From: Candidatus Marinacidobacterales bacterium
GTDB taxonomy: Bacteria > Acidobacteriota > Vicinamibacteria > Marinacidobacterales > DATDRI01
Direction of reading: 5' to 3'
NCBI GenBank assembly: GCA_965226495.1
Contig: OZ245365.1
Coordinates: forward strand, 3,872,001-3,936,000
DNA length: 64,000 nucleotides
Both the position numbers and the translations under genes were made by a program. The notes under the pieces are model-generated. The model searched no databases, was not told the origin of the DNA, and saw only the letters and a program-made list of their open reading frames with translations. Positions 38,596 to 49,510 of the stretch are shown one piece after another; position 1 is the first letter of the stretch, and each line of letters begins with the position of its first letter.

Positions 38596-40824
38596 ATGTC
38601 AGCCGTTGGAGTGAGCTCCCGCCGAAAGGAAGGACCGGAGAAACTCTGCGGTGTAGCGAAGTACATCGACGACTACAAACTCCCGGGATGCCTTTACGGG
38701 GTCACCCTCCGTTCGTCGATTCCATACGGCCTCATAACGAATATTCGTTTCGACCCGAAATTCCCCTGGGACGAATGCGTCATCGCCCGCGCAGAAGATA
38801 TTCCCGGCAGAAACTACGTGGCCTTGATCGAAGAAGACCAACCGCTCTTGACAAAAAAACAAGTGATGCACGCGATGGAGCCCATTCTGGTCGTCGGCCA
38901 TCCGGTCCGCCAGACCGCGTACGAAGCACTGCGGCATATCGAGGTGCACTACGAGGAAAAGAGGCCGGTCCTTTCGATGGAGGAATCCATCGACCTCGAG
39001 CAAGTCCTTTATTCATCGGACAACGTCTTCAAACGCTTCCTCATCGAGAAGGGAGACACCGGAGCCGGCACCGCGGGCGCGGATTTCGTTGTCGAGGGCG
39101 TGTACCGGGTCCCCTATCAGGAACAGGCGTACATCGAGAATAACGGAGTCGCGGCGTGGGAAGAAGATGGCACGCTCGTCGTGATGGGCTCGATGCAATG
39201 CCCCTACTACGTTCATAAGGCGATGAAGTCTCTTTTCCCGAGACCGGAGGACAATATCCGGATCATCCAGACGGCGACCGGAGGCGGGTTCGGCGGCAAA
39301 GAGGAATACCCGAACATGATCGCCGGACACGCGGCGCTACTGGCGATCAAGGCGGGACGTCCGGTCAAGATGATCTATGACCGGCACGAAGACATGCTCG
39401 CCACCACGAAGCGCCATCCGGCCCGCGTCCGACATCGTACCGGCGTCCGCAAAGACGGGAAACTCCTTTCGCAAGAGATCGAGATTGTAATGGACGGGGG
39501 AGCTTATGTGACCTTGTCACCGGTGGTCTTGTCGAGAGGGGCACTCCATGCCACGGGCCCTTACGATTGCCCGAACGTGCGGATTCTCGCGAAAACCGTG
39601 GCCACCAACAACCCACCCAGCGGGGCGTTCAGAGGCTTTGGAGCGCCACAAACGCTGTTTGCAGCCGAGCTCCACATGGAGAAGATCGCAGCGACTCTAG
39701 GTATCGATTCCCTCACCCTGAGGCGGCGCAATCTCTTTAAGGAAGGCTCGGTGACCGCCACCGGGCAGGTCCTTCGAGAGAGCGTCGGCGCATCCGACGT
39801 TCTCGAACGCACGGTCAAGCGTAGCAAGTACCTCGACAAGCGGAGGGAGTATGCTCGCTGGAATCGTCAAAAGAGTCGTTCGAGTTGGAAGGGCGTAGGC
39901 CTTTCCGTCGTTTTTCACGGCGCCGGCTTCACGGGTGCGGGCGAAGTGCATCTCGCGAGTCGAGCCGGGGTTTCACTGACACGTGAGGGTGAGATTCACA
40001 TAGAGGCGGCTTCCACCGAAATCGGGCAAGGCACGAACAGTATGTTCGCGCAGATCGTGGCCGAGACGCTCGAGGTGCCCTATGAGTGGATCCGGACCGA
40101 CACACCCGACACCGGTAAGGTGCCCGACAGCGGGCCGACGGTTGCGAGTCGGACGTGCATGGTTGTGGGTGGACTCCTTCGCCGCGCCGCCCTCCGCCTC
40201 AAGGCGGCAGTTACGGAAGCCGAGGGGAGTTTTCCACGAACGCGCCGCGGTCTACGAAAGGCGGCGGCGAAGCTCGCAAATGGAGACTCCGCGGTCCGTT
40301 TCGTCGAAGAGTACGAAAAACCAGAGGAGGTCCAGTGGGACGAGGATAAGTATCGAGGAGACGCTTACGGTGTTTACAGCTACGCCGCGATGGTGGTGGA
40401 CATCGAGATAGACAAACTCACGTACGAGGTGAAGATTCGAAAGCTCACGACGGCGCAGGATATTGGCAAGGCGATCAATCCCCTTCTCGTCGAAGGGCAA
40501 ATCATTGGCGGGACAGCCCAGGCGCTCGGTTATGCGCTCCTAGAGAACGCAGTCTACGAGAACGGTACGATGCAAAACGCTCAGTTCACGAACTACATCA
40601 TTCCCACCACACTCGATACACCGCCGATGATCGTCGACCTCATCGAAAAGCCATACTCGCGCGGTCCGTTCGGCGCCAAGGGGGTGGGCGAGTTACCGTT
40701 CGATGTACCCGCACCCGCGATCGCCGCTGCGGTCTTGAACGCCACTGGCCTTTTCATCCCCGAGCTCCCACTCCTTCCGGAACGCATCTGCCGAGCCCGA
40801 CATGGTCAAACTGAGCATCAATAG
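38596..40824 (+). CDS. Xanthine dehydrogenase family molybdopterin-binding subunit
   Basis: GGGFGGKE, TTKRHP, AFRGFGAPQ, EIGQG, ASR, GAKGVGE. Confidence 0.93.
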   Translation: MSAVGVSSRRKEGPEKLCGVAKYIDDYKLPGCLYGVTLRSSIPYGLITNIRFDPKFPWDECVIARAEDIPGRNYVALIEEDQPLLTKKQVMHAMEPILVVGHPVRQTAYEALRHIEVHYEEKRPVLSMEESIDLEQVLYSSDNVFKRFLIEKGDTGAGTAGADFVVEGVYRVPYQEQAYIENNGVAAWEEDGTLVVMGSMQCPYYVHKAMKSLFPRPEDNIRIIQTATGGGFGGKEEYPNMIAGHAALLAIKAGRPVKMIYDRHEDMLATTKRHPARVRHRTGVRKDGKLLSQEIEIVMDGGAYVTLSPVVLSRGALHATGPYDCPNVRILAKTVATNNPPSGAFRGFGAPQTLFAAELHMEKIAATLGIDSLTLRRRNLFKEGSVTATGQVLRESVGASDVLERTVKRSKYLDKRREYARWNRQKSRSSWKGVGLSVVFHGAGFTGAGEVHLASRAGVSLTREGEIHIEAASTEIGQGTNSMFAQIVAETLEVPYEWIRTDTPDTGKVPDSGPTVASRTCMVVGGLLRRAALRLKAAVTEAEGSFPRTRRGLRKAAAKLANGDSAVRFVEEYEKPEEVQWDEDKYRGDAYGVYSYAAMVVDIEIDKLTYEVKIRKLTTAQDIGKAINPLLVEGQIIGGTAQALGYALLENAVYENGTMQNAQFTNYIIPTTLDTPPMIVDLIEKPYSRGPFGAKGVGELPFDVPAPAIAAAVLNATGLFIPELPLLPERICRARHGQTEHQ

Positions 40825-41314
40825 GAAACGACGGCTCTACCGAGGAGACGCGTTCAAACGTCTCATCGATGTGTTGCGCGAGGATTATGACCTCACCGGC
40901 ACCAAGGAAGGCTGCGGCGAGGGCGAGTGCGGCGCCTGCACGGTGTTGGTGGATGGAATGCCGGTAAACAGCTGCCTCATCCCCATCTGTCAGATGGAGG
41001 GGCGAAAGGTAGAAACCGTAGAGTCGCTAGGCAAACCCGAATCGCTCAACGTCTTGCAACAGTCGTTTCTGAACGAAGGAGGCACGCAGTGCGGGATCTG
41101 TACGCCGGGTTTTTTGATGACGGCATGGGCCTATGTGCGTCAAGGTGGCAGCGACGACCCCAGGTCCATCCGCGAGGTCTTGGCGGGAAATCTATGCCGT
41201 TGCACCGGCTACCAGCACATCGTGAACTCGGTCATCGAGACGGTCCGCGAAAGGAACAAACCTCGGACAAGACGGGCTGGGCGACGAAAGACCCGCGGGA
41301 AGAAAGTTAAATGA
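40802..41314 (+). CDS. Xanthine dehydrogenase family 2x[2Fe-2S] subunit
   Basis: GCGEGECGAC..NSC; QCGICTPG..NLCRCTGY. Confidence 0.95.
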   Translation: MVKLSINRKRRLYRGDAFKRLIDVLREDYDLTGTKEGCGEGECGACTVLVDGMPVNSCLIPICQMEGRKVETVESLGKPESLNVLQQSFLNEGGTQCGICTPGFLMTAWAYVRQGGSDDPRSIREVLAGNLCRCTGYQHIVNSVIETVRERNKPRTRRAGRRKTRGKKVK

Positions 41315-42177
41315 GAGGCGCATCGTTCACGATGGAGGTATTGCGTCCCAAGGCGCCTCGGGATGCGGTGGACATGCTCGGCCGGCATCCCGACGCGATC
41401 CCGTTGGCCGGCGGCACGGACTTCATGGTGGCCTGGAATGCCGGGGAGCTTAACGGCAAAAAGATCCTGGATCTCTCCGCCCTCAAGGACTGGAGCCGTA
41501 TCCGAACGCTTCAAAGGGGTCTAAGGTTTGGCTCCCTCGTCAACCATTGGCAGATTCAAAGTCACGCAGGAGCTCAGAAAGCATTTCCGTTGCTGGTGGA
41601 TGCGTGCGGAACGATCGGCGGCGCGCAGATCCAGATTCGCGGGACGTTGGGCGGCAACATTGCCAACGCTTCGCCGGCCGGTGACACGTTTCCCTCTCTG
41701 GCAGTCTACGAAGCGTCGATCAGTACCGTGTCGCCTCGAGGCGAGCGAACGATCCCGTTCTCGGAGATATTTACCGGAGTCAAGAAGACTTCGCTAGGCC
41801 CTTCCGAGCTCATCGAAAAAATCGAGATCCCTTTCCTCGCTGGCCGGCCACGACGACAGATGTTCTGGAAAGTGGGAACCCGCGCCGCTTCCGCCATCTC
41901 GAAGACAGTCGCTGCAGGTCTCCTATGGATGAAACGAGACGGCACCGTCCGCGAGCTACGGTTTGCGCTAGGAAGCATGGCCCCCACCGTTCGCAGACTG
42001 AAAAGCGTGGAAGCGTTCGTCGTCGGCAAGAAACCGATTGGCAAAGTGCTCGACGAGGCCTGTGCCCTCCTCGAAAAGGACGTCTCCCCCATCGACGATA
42101 TCCGCTCCACCGCCGAGTACCGTATGGAGGTCTCGAAAAACATACTCCGGTCCTTCCTCGATCCCGCGAGCCAATAA
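41311..42177 (+). CDS. Xanthine dehydrogenase family FAD-binding subunit
   Basis: LAGGTD, GTLGGNIANASPAGD, PIDDIRSTAEYR. Confidence 0.93.
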   Translation: MRGASFTMEVLRPKAPRDAVDMLGRHPDAIPLAGGTDFMVAWNAGELNGKKILDLSALKDWSRIRTLQRGLRFGSLVNHWQIQSHAGAQKAFPLLVDACGTIGGAQIQIRGTLGGNIANASPAGDTFPSLAVYEASISTVSPRGERTIPFSEIFTGVKKTSLGPSELIEKIEIPFLAGRPRRQMFWKVGTRAASAISKTVAAGLLWMKRDGTVRELRFALGSMAPTVRRLKSVEAFVVGKKPIGKVLDEACALLEKDVSPIDDIRSTAEYRMEVSKNILRSFLDPASQ

Positions 42178-42304
42178 CTCTCGTACCCCGAGCACTTCTC
42201 GCCCTTCTAGCCATCTCGTCAAGATATACTGCCCCTGTCGATGGGACCACGCCCCCAACTTGTTGTATTATTAAAGGATATTCAGCCCAAGGAGAATCCA
42301 GATC

Positions 42305-43972
42305 ATGCAGCCGACTCGCTTGGCGAGCCTCGCCCTGGCCGCCCTCGCTACAGCATGTGCTCAACCCACCGGGGTTTCCTCCCCCGCGATCGAGAGCGCA
42401 CTGGAAAGCATCCGCCCTGAGGCCATCGAGGCTCACATCGCTTTTCTCGCCGACGACCTGCTCGAAGGCCGTGAGGCCGGAACCCGGGGCTACGATTTGG
42501 GTGCCAAATACGTCGCCGCTTCCTTCCAAGCGTTGGGATTGAAACCAGCGGGGTCGGACGGTACCTACTTCCAAAACGTCCCGCTTCGCAGCACAAGGCT
42601 CGACCCAAGCGGGAGCTCGGTGAACCTATTGCGTGAAGGCTGGACCAAAACACTACGGCGCGGAGAGGACTACATCGTCTCGCCCAGCGCGACGAGCGAA
42701 CAAATCGAGATCCGAGCTCCACTGATCTTCGTTGGATTCGGCGTGACCGCCCCTGAGCTCGACTATGACGACTACGCGGGTGTGGACGCCGAGGGCAAGA
42801 TCGCGGTCGCGCTGTCGGGTGCCCCCGCCAACTTCCCGTCCAACCAGCGCGCGTACTACTCGGGCGGTGCGAAAACGGAGAACGCGGCGTCTCACGGAGC
42901 GGTCGGGCTAATCAGAGTCTCCACTCCGGAATATGAGAAACGAAGGCCCTGGGCCAGAATGTCGCGCTTCGCAAACCAGGCGCGCATGCGATGGCTGGAT
43001 GCTAACGGCGTCCCGGCGGACACTTGGCCACTCATCAAGGTCGGAGCTGCGTTCAGTCGACCGATTGCGGAGGAAGTATTCTCCAGCGGCCCGGCATCTC
43101 TCGAGGAAGTCTTCGCGGCCGCGGAGTCTGGGAACCTGAAGAGCTTCGATCTGCCACTCGAGGCGGAGATCCGGACGGCCTCAGTACACGCCGATCTCGA
43201 AAGCCCGAACGTCATCGCCATGCTCGAGGGCTCGGACCCCAAGCTCAAGGACGAGTACATCATCTACAGTGCCCATTTGGACCACGTCGGCCTCGGAGAG
43301 CCCATCGACGGTGACGGCATCTGGAACGGCGCGTACGACAACGCATCCGGCACCGCCATGGTTTTGGAAGTCGCTCGAGCGTTCACGAACCTGCCCGAGC
43401 CGCCGAAACGCTCGATCCTTTTTGTCGCGACCACGGCAGAAGAAAAGGGTCTCTTGGGGGCTGATTATTTTGCAATCAGTCCCACGGTGCCCCAAGACGC
43501 CATCGTCGCGAATCTCAACATGGATGGCGCACTCATGGTGTACCCTATGAAAGACCTCGTGATCTACGGAGGCGAGCACTCGAGTCTCGGCGAGGTATTC
43601 GAACGTGCGGCGGCGCGAATGGACGTCGAGCTTAGTCCAGATCCTATTCCACAGGAAACCGTTTTCATTCGCAGCGATCAATTCCCCTTCGTCCGCCAAG
43701 GCATTCCGGCCGCCTATGCTTTTGTCGGACTTCAAACCACTGACCCCGACATAGACGCCGAAGCGGCCTTTTGGGAATGGATGACGACTCGCTATCACAC
43801 TCCCAAGGATGACATGAGCCAGAAGATGTACTTCGAGTCGGGCGCCCGATACGCCGGAGTGAACTTCTTGGCCGGGTATCTCGTGGCGCAAGATGCAGAA
43901 CGCCCCACGTGGAACGAAGGAGATTTCTTCGGAGACAAATTTGGCTCCAAGAGAAGAACCGCATCGCGATGA
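42305..43972 (+). CDS. M28 family metallopeptidase lipoprotein with PA domain
   Basis: Lipobox ATAC; LADDLLEGR, SAHLDH, GAYDNASG, AEEKGLLG, RSDQ, YHTPKD. Confidence 0.92.
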   Translation: MQPTRLASLALAALATACAQPTGVSSPAIESALESIRPEAIEAHIAFLADDLLEGREAGTRGYDLGAKYVAASFQALGLKPAGSDGTYFQNVPLRSTRLDPSGSSVNLLREGWTKTLRRGEDYIVSPSATSEQIEIRAPLIFVGFGVTAPELDYDDYAGVDAEGKIAVALSGAPANFPSNQRAYYSGGAKTENAASHGAVGLIRVSTPEYEKRRPWARMSRFANQARMRWLDANGVPADTWPLIKVGAAFSRPIAEEVFSSGPASLEEVFAAAESGNLKSFDLPLEAEIRTASVHADLESPNVIAMLEGSDPKLKDEYIIYSAHLDHVGLGEPIDGDGIWNGAYDNASGTAMVLEVARAFTNLPEPPKRSILFVATTAEEKGLLGADYFAISPTVPQDAIVANLNMDGALMVYPMKDLVIYGGEHSSLGEVFERAAARMDVELSPDPIPQETVFIRSDQFPFVRQGIPAAYAFVGLQTTDPDIDAEAAFWEWMTTRYHTPKDDMSQKMYFESGARYAGVNFLAGYLVAQDAERPTWNEGDFFGDKFGSKRRTASR

Positions 43973-45567
43973 GTGGCTACGAGATCGTATTCCGGGGCGG
44001 CACACTCGTCGACGGCACCGGTGCCAAGGAGCGGTTGGCGGATGTCGCTATCGACGCTGACACCATCGTCGCCATCGGTCAGGGCTTACGCGGCCGCCGG
44101 GAGATCGACTGCACCGACCTCGTCGTCGCACCCGGATTCATCGACACCCACTCCCATTCCGATCTGAGAGTCCTCACCGAACCCATACTCCCGATGAAGC
44201 TTCGGCAAGGCATCACGCTCGAAGTCCTGGGGCAGGACGGGATCAGCGTCGCACCGCTGAGACCGAATCACATTCCCGATACTCGCCGTCAGCTAGCCGG
44301 CCTTCTCGGCGATCTGCCAGAGGAGGAATGGCGCTGGGAACGAGTGCGCGATTACCTGAAAGTCATCGAGGACCACCGTCCCGCGATCAACATAGCCTAC
44401 TTGGTGCCGCACGGAACTCTCAGAACCTACGTGATGGGACCGGAAGACCGAAAGCCCTCCCCCGCCGAGCTCGTGAAGCTCACCACAGAGCTGGGCCGTG
44501 GCCTCGACGAGGGAGCTCTGGGCCTCTCCACCGGCCTCATCTATCCCCCGTGCTGTTACTCCGACACCGACGAGCTCGTCGCCCTGGGAAGCGTACTAGC
44601 TCCCCGAAAGGCTCCGCTCGTCGTGCACATGCGCAGCGAGTCGGATTTGATCGAGCGTGCCATCGACGAGATGTTGGAAGTGGGCGTCCGGTCTCGATGT
44701 CCCGTTCACATCTCCCATTTCAAGATTGCGGGGCGAGATAACTTCTCTCGCGTCGCTGGAGTCGTCGAACGCATCGAGGAAGCGCAACGGCAAGGCGTGT
44801 CGGTGACCGGAGACCAATACTGCTACGCCGCCGGTTCCACGATGCTGGGAGCCATCTTGCCGCCATGGGCGCATAACGGAGGCGCAACGAAGACGCTCGC
44901 GCGTCTTGCCGATCCCGCCGCACGACAGAAGATGCGTGAGGATATGGAGAAAAAGGGCGCACTGCCATGGGACTCCTTTTGGAAGTGGACGGGCCCGGAG
45001 GGTATCGTCATCAGCGACATCCCGAGCGGCCGGCATGCGGAGTGGCTCGGAAAGACCGTGGCGCAAGCCGCACAGGACGCCGGCAAGGAGCCCTTCGATT
45101 TCGCCTTCGACCTCCTAGAAAGTGAAGAGATGGGCGTGGGTATGATCTCACACTCGCAAAGCGAAGAGGTTCTGGAACGATTTATCGCGCTTCCCTACTT
45201 GAACGGCTGCACCGATGCACTGCTCGGCGGAAAACCACACCCGCGCGCGTACGGTACTTACCCTCGATTTCTGGGCCGTTACGTTCGCGAGGAGAAGATT
45301 CTCGAGCTTCCGGAGATGGTTCGAAAAATGACGAGTCAAGCCGCTACCGCGATGAGCCTTTCCGGCGTGGGAGAAGTGCGGGAGGGTTTCGTCGCCGATC
45401 TGGTGGTCTTCGATGCGAACACCATCAAAGACACGGCAACATTTGCCGAGCCGGCTTCGTATCCAGAGGGCATCTTTCACGTGATGGTTCGCGGTCAACT
45501 GGCGCTCGACAACTCCGAAGTGACCGGAGTCCGCGCCGGACAAGTAGTCCGCCCAGACGTGGGATAA
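43969..45567 (+). CDS. N-acyl-D-amino-acid deacylase (D-aminoacylase, amidohydrolase superfamily)
   Basis: PGFIDTHSHSD, GLSTGLIYPP, HMRSE, HISHFK, PHPRAYGTYPRFLG. ATGA overlap with the M28 gene. Confidence 0.92.
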   Translation: MSGYEIVFRGGTLVDGTGAKERLADVAIDADTIVAIGQGLRGRREIDCTDLVVAPGFIDTHSHSDLRVLTEPILPMKLRQGITLEVLGQDGISVAPLRPNHIPDTRRQLAGLLGDLPEEEWRWERVRDYLKVIEDHRPAINIAYLVPHGTLRTYVMGPEDRKPSPAELVKLTTELGRGLDEGALGLSTGLIYPPCCYSDTDELVALGSVLAPRKAPLVVHMRSESDLIERAIDEMLEVGVRSRCPVHISHFKIAGRDNFSRVAGVVERIEEAQRQGVSVTGDQYCYAAGSTMLGAILPPWAHNGGATKTLARLADPAARQKMREDMEKKGALPWDSFWKWTGPEGIVISDIPSGRHAEWLGKTVAQAAQDAGKEPFDFAFDLLESEEMGVGMISHSQSEEVLERFIALPYLNGCTDALLGGKPHPRAYGTYPRFLGRYVREEKILELPEMVRKMTSQAATAMSLSGVGEVREGFVADLVVFDANTIKDTATFAEPASYPEGIFHVMVRGQLALDNSEVTGVRAGQVVRPDVG

Positions 45568-45581
45568 CGCAGGGTAACGGA

Positions 45582-48221
45582 ATGGGTTTCGACCTGACTC
45601 TCAACGGAAGCGCTCGGACCATCGAGCCGCGCGAGGGTGAGTCTCTCCTTCACGCCTTGAGGAGTCAGTGCGGCATTACTTCCACCAAAAACGGTTGCGA
45701 GCCGCAAGGCCAATGCGGCTGCTGTCTCGCATTGGTGGACGGCAGCCCCAAAGTCACCTGCGCGATGCCGGCCGAAAAAGCGGAGGGCAAAGACATTCTC
45801 ACTCTAGAGGGTCTCAGCGAGGAGGAGCGCGAGCTCTTCTCCCGCGCCTTCGTCTCCGCAGCGGGTTTACAGTGCGGATTTTGTATTCCTGGGATTCTCC
45901 TCCGTGCCAAGCACCTAGTGGACCAGAACCCGAACCCGTCCCGGCAGGACATCGCAAAGGCGATCGACGTTCACCTGTGCCGCTGTACTGGCTACGTGAA
46001 GATCATCGACGCCATCGAGCTCATGGCGGATGCCAAGCGTGGCGAGCCCATACCCGAGCCCATCAACGACGGACGAGTGGGCCAATCGCTACGACGTGTA
46101 ACGGGAGAGGCGATGGCACTGGGATGTCGTCCCTATGTGGACGATCTGGTCCGCCCCGAGTTGCTACACGGCGCGGTCACGCTTTCGCCGCACGCGCGAG
46201 CCAAGGTCAAGCGAATCGACACATCCAAAGCCCAAGCGCTACCGGGCGTGGTCGCCGTGGCCACGGCCAAAGACGTACCGGGGAACCGCTGGTACGGCCT
46301 CATCTACAAAGATTGGCCTGGGTTCATCGCCGAGGGTGAAGAGACGCGCTCGGTCGGTGATGTTCTCGCGGCTATCGCCGCCGAGGACGAACTGACTGCC
46401 CGTCGGGCGGCGAAGCTCGTGGAGGTCGACTTCGAAGTCCTCACGCCGGTGCTCGATCCGGAAGAAGCCATGAAGCCGGACGCCCCGACCGTCAACCCCA
46501 ACAGGCCTGACAACGTCCTTTCTCGCTCGGTGATTCGCCGTGGTGACGCCGATGGTGCTCTCGCCCAGAGCGCCCATGTCATCTCGGAAACATGGAAGAC
46601 CCAGCGCATCGAGCATCTTTACCTGGAGCCGGAGGCTGCGCTTGCGGAGACTCTCCCCGATGGACGCCTGCGCCTAGCAACTCAAGGCCAGGGCATTTTC
46701 GACGACCGGCGTCAGGTCGCGTCTTTTCTCGGCGTCCCAGAAGATCAAGTATTCGTAGAATTGATCCCCAACGGCGGTGCCTTCGGTGGCAAGGAAGACA
46801 TGTCGATCCAAGCGCAGACGGCGTTGCTTGCACAAATGACGGGACGTCCCGTCAAGCTGGCGCTCAGTCGAGACGAATCGATTCGCCTCCACCCGAAACG
46901 CCATCCGATCACGATGCGCTTCACCGTAGGTTGCGATGACGAAGGAAGACTCACCGCGGTGAAAGCGCGCATGGTGGGTGACACCGGTGCCTATGCCAGT
47001 GTCGGCGGGAAGGTCTTGGAGCGCGCCGCAGGTCATTCCTGCGGGCCGTACCGGGTTGCGAACGTCGACGTCGAGTCGGTGGCGGTCTATACCAATAATC
47101 CCCCTTGCGGTGCCATGCGCGGCTTCGGCGCCAATCAGGCTGCGTTCGCGATCGACGGAGCATTAGATCTTCTGGCTCAAAAAGTCGGTCTCGATGGCTG
47201 GGAGATGCGCTGGCGCAACGCAGTGGAGGTTGGAGACGCCTTCTCCACCGGCCAAATCCTCGAGAAATCGGTAGGCATCAAGAAGACCCTTGAGGCAATC
47301 AAGGATATCTACTACGACGCCAAACGCCAAGGCAAAGCGATTGGTATTGGCTGCGGCATCAAAAACTCCGGAATCGGCAACGGCGCCAAAGAGTGGGGCA
47401 AGGCTCGGTTAGTGGTAGAGAAAGACGGAACGGTGTCTATTTATAACGGTTACACCGAAATGGGACAGGGACTTCTTACCGTGCTCGTTCAGTTCGCCGT
47501 GGAAGCGACGGGACTGCCTTCCTCCGTTTTTCGGCCCAAGGTCGATGCCACCTACGCGCTCGATTGTGGTCAGACAACCGGATCCCGCGCCACTCTATTC
47601 GGCGGACGCGCGGTCCTGAGCGCCGGCGAGAAGCTCAAAGCAGATCTCGACCGGGGTCAGAAACTGTCGGAACTTGTCGGCAATGTGTACGCCGCCGACG
47701 TTCTTACTGAAGACACAACGGCCCTCGGAGCAAAAGTCGACAAGATCAAAACGCATACGGCCTTCAGTTACGCAACACAGTTGTGCATCTTGGACGAAGA
47801 CGGCCGTCTGGAGCGCTTCGTAGCCGCTCACGATGTGGGTCGAGCGGTGAATCCGGACCTGTGCACGGGTCAGATCGAAGGCTCGGTTCACATGGGAATC
47901 GGCTATGCCCTGACCGAAGAACTGCCCTGCGCCGACGGAATGCCTGTGACCTTCAAGCTTCGCGACCTCGGAGTCCTTCGCGCCCGAGATATGCCCGAGG
48001 TCGAGGTCATCCTAGTGGAGGAGCACGAGCCAGAAGGGCCGTGCGGAGCGAAGGGCGTGGGGGAGATCGGCCTGGTACCCACCGCCGCCGCGGTAGCGGG
48101 CGCACTCGACGCCTTTGATGGAAAAAGACGGTTCGAACTCCCGATGAAAGACTCACCCGCCGCCCAACACATAAGTGTCGGTAAGATTCGGACCCGGATA
48201 CCGACCGAATCTTGGCGCTGA
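45582..48221 (+). CDS. Selenium-dependent xanthine dehydrogenase-like molybdenum hydroxylase (fused 2Fe-2S + Mo domains)
   Basis: GCEPQGQCGCC, QCGFCIPG, LCRCTGY, GGAFGGKEDMS, AMRGFG, KNSGIGNG, GQTTGSR, AFSYATQ, AKGVGEIG. The selenium-dependent subfamily call is from recollection of family motifs. Confidence 0.85.
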   Translation: MGFDLTLNGSARTIEPREGESLLHALRSQCGITSTKNGCEPQGQCGCCLALVDGSPKVTCAMPAEKAEGKDILTLEGLSEEERELFSRAFVSAAGLQCGFCIPGILLRAKHLVDQNPNPSRQDIAKAIDVHLCRCTGYVKIIDAIELMADAKRGEPIPEPINDGRVGQSLRRVTGEAMALGCRPYVDDLVRPELLHGAVTLSPHARAKVKRIDTSKAQALPGVVAVATAKDVPGNRWYGLIYKDWPGFIAEGEETRSVGDVLAAIAAEDELTARRAAKLVEVDFEVLTPVLDPEEAMKPDAPTVNPNRPDNVLSRSVIRRGDADGALAQSAHVISETWKTQRIEHLYLEPEAALAETLPDGRLRLATQGQGIFDDRRQVASFLGVPEDQVFVELIPNGGAFGGKEDMSIQAQTALLAQMTGRPVKLALSRDESIRLHPKRHPITMRFTVGCDDEGRLTAVKARMVGDTGAYASVGGKVLERAAGHSCGPYRVANVDVESVAVYTNNPPCGAMRGFGANQAAFAIDGALDLLAQKVGLDGWEMRWRNAVEVGDAFSTGQILEKSVGIKKTLEAIKDIYYDAKRQGKAIGIGCGIKNSGIGNGAKEWGKARLVVEKDGTVSIYNGYTEMGQGLLTVLVQFAVEATGLPSSVFRPKVDATYALDCGQTTGSRATLFGGRAVLSAGEKLKADLDRGQKLSELVGNVYAADVLTEDTTALGAKVDKIKTHTAFSYATQLCILDEDGRLERFVAAHDVGRAVNPDLCTGQIEGSVHMGIGYALTEELPCADGMPVTFKLRDLGVLRARDMPEVEVILVEEHEPEGPCGAKGVGEIGLVPTAAAVAGALDAFDGKRRFELPMKDSPAAQHISVGKIRTRIPTESWR

Positions 48222-48228
48222 CCGCGCC

Positions 48229-49452
48229 ATGGCCTCCACCCGACTTTATCTCGAGACCGACGATCCCCTCCGATCCGTGCTGATCGAGGACGGTGGAGTA
48301 AAGAAAATCGGGAATCCTTGTCCGGAAGACACGCCGCGCCTCGACTGCAAGGGAGTGGAGTTGAGACCGAGTTACCTCAACGCCCACACACACCTTTACA
48401 GCGGACTCGTGCCCTTCGGCATGCCGCCCCCCTCGCAACCTCCTGAGAATTTCGTGCAGATTCTGGAACGGGTGTGGTGGCGCCTCGATCGCGCCTTGGA
48501 TCGAGACAGTTTGCGGGCCGCGGCGCGGCTCTACGTGGCAGAGGCATTGCTCTCTGGCACCACCGCGCTGATCGATCATCACGAGTCGCCAGAGACGATC
48601 GATGGGGCACTCGATATCTTGGCCGACGCGTGCCAGGAGCTCGGTATCCGGGCCCTCTTGTGTTACGGGGCCACGGAAAGAAATCGCGGGGCGGAGGAGG
48701 CGAAACAAGGTCTCGACGAGTGTCGACGATTCGCGCAATCGAACCGGAGGCCTCTGGTCCGCGGACTGGTGGGACTGCATGCATCGTTCACCGTTTCGGA
48801 CGAGACAATCCGGAGGGCCGGGGCAATGTGCCGCGAGCTAGGAACTGTCCTCCACGTTCACGTCGCCGAGGACGTCGCGGACGTCGATGATGCCAAGAAG
48901 CGCGGTTACGCCGGTCCCTTCGAACGGCTGAAGGCGCTCGATGGCTTGGTGCCCGGCTCGATACTGGCCCACGGCGTCCACCTGAGCCAAAACCAAGTCG
49001 AAAACGTCGTCGGAAAGGGATGCTGGCTGGTGCAGAACCCCCGGTCGAACAAAGGCAACCGCGTGGGTTATCCGGCAGCCTTATGGGCCAGCCACCGCGT
49101 GGCGCTCGGTACTGATGGCTACCCGGCGAACATGCTTGCCGAGCAAGCCGAATTGGCCGCGCTTGCGAAAGCACAAGGAGACCTGGAAGCGAACGCTTCC
49201 GCAAATCGACTCGCCGCCGGTTGGATGATTGCGACCGAGCAATGGGGTGGGTTCTTCGGCATGCCGGCCACCGGAACCGCCGCCGATATAGCGATAGTTC
49301 CCCCGGGGACGGACACCCCAAGACATGTGATCGTGGGCGGTCGCGTAATTATCGAGAATGGGGTCTTGCAAACTGGCGACATCGAACAAATCCGAGCCGA
49401 AGCCAGGGAGCAAGCGCGGAAGCTTTGGCAACGCATGTCGGAAATGTCTTAG
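48229..49452 (+). CDS. SsnA-like metal-dependent amidohydrolase
   Basis: NAHTHLYSGL, FVQILERVWWRLDRALD, GTTALIDHHESP, GLHASFTV, HVHVAE, NPRSN, LGTDG. Confidence 0.85.
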   Translation: MASTRLYLETDDPLRSVLIEDGGVKKIGNPCPEDTPRLDCKGVELRPSYLNAHTHLYSGLVPFGMPPPSQPPENFVQILERVWWRLDRALDRDSLRAAARLYVAEALLSGTTALIDHHESPETIDGALDILADACQELGIRALLCYGATERNRGAEEAKQGLDECRRFAQSNRRPLVRGLVGLHASFTVSDETIRRAGAMCRELGTVLHVHVAEDVADVDDAKKRGYAGPFERLKALDGLVPGSILAHGVHLSQNQVENVVGKGCWLVQNPRSNKGNRVGYPAALWASHRVALGTDGYPANMLAEQAELAALAKAQGDLEANASANRLAAGWMIATEQWGGFFGMPATGTAADIAIVPPGTDTPRHVIVGGRVIIENGVLQTGDIEQIRAEAREQARKLWQRMSEMS

Positions 49453-49510
49453 CAATTGATTTCGGGACGTGTAGATTAACACAGCCGCGTAGAATTATGC
49501 TTGTGTACCC

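Noticed and set aside
45582-49452. Selenocysteine (UGA) recoding in the selenium-linked cluster
   Set aside because: The ORFs are full-length with no in-frame TGA. This enzyme class uses a labile Se cofactor rather than Sec.
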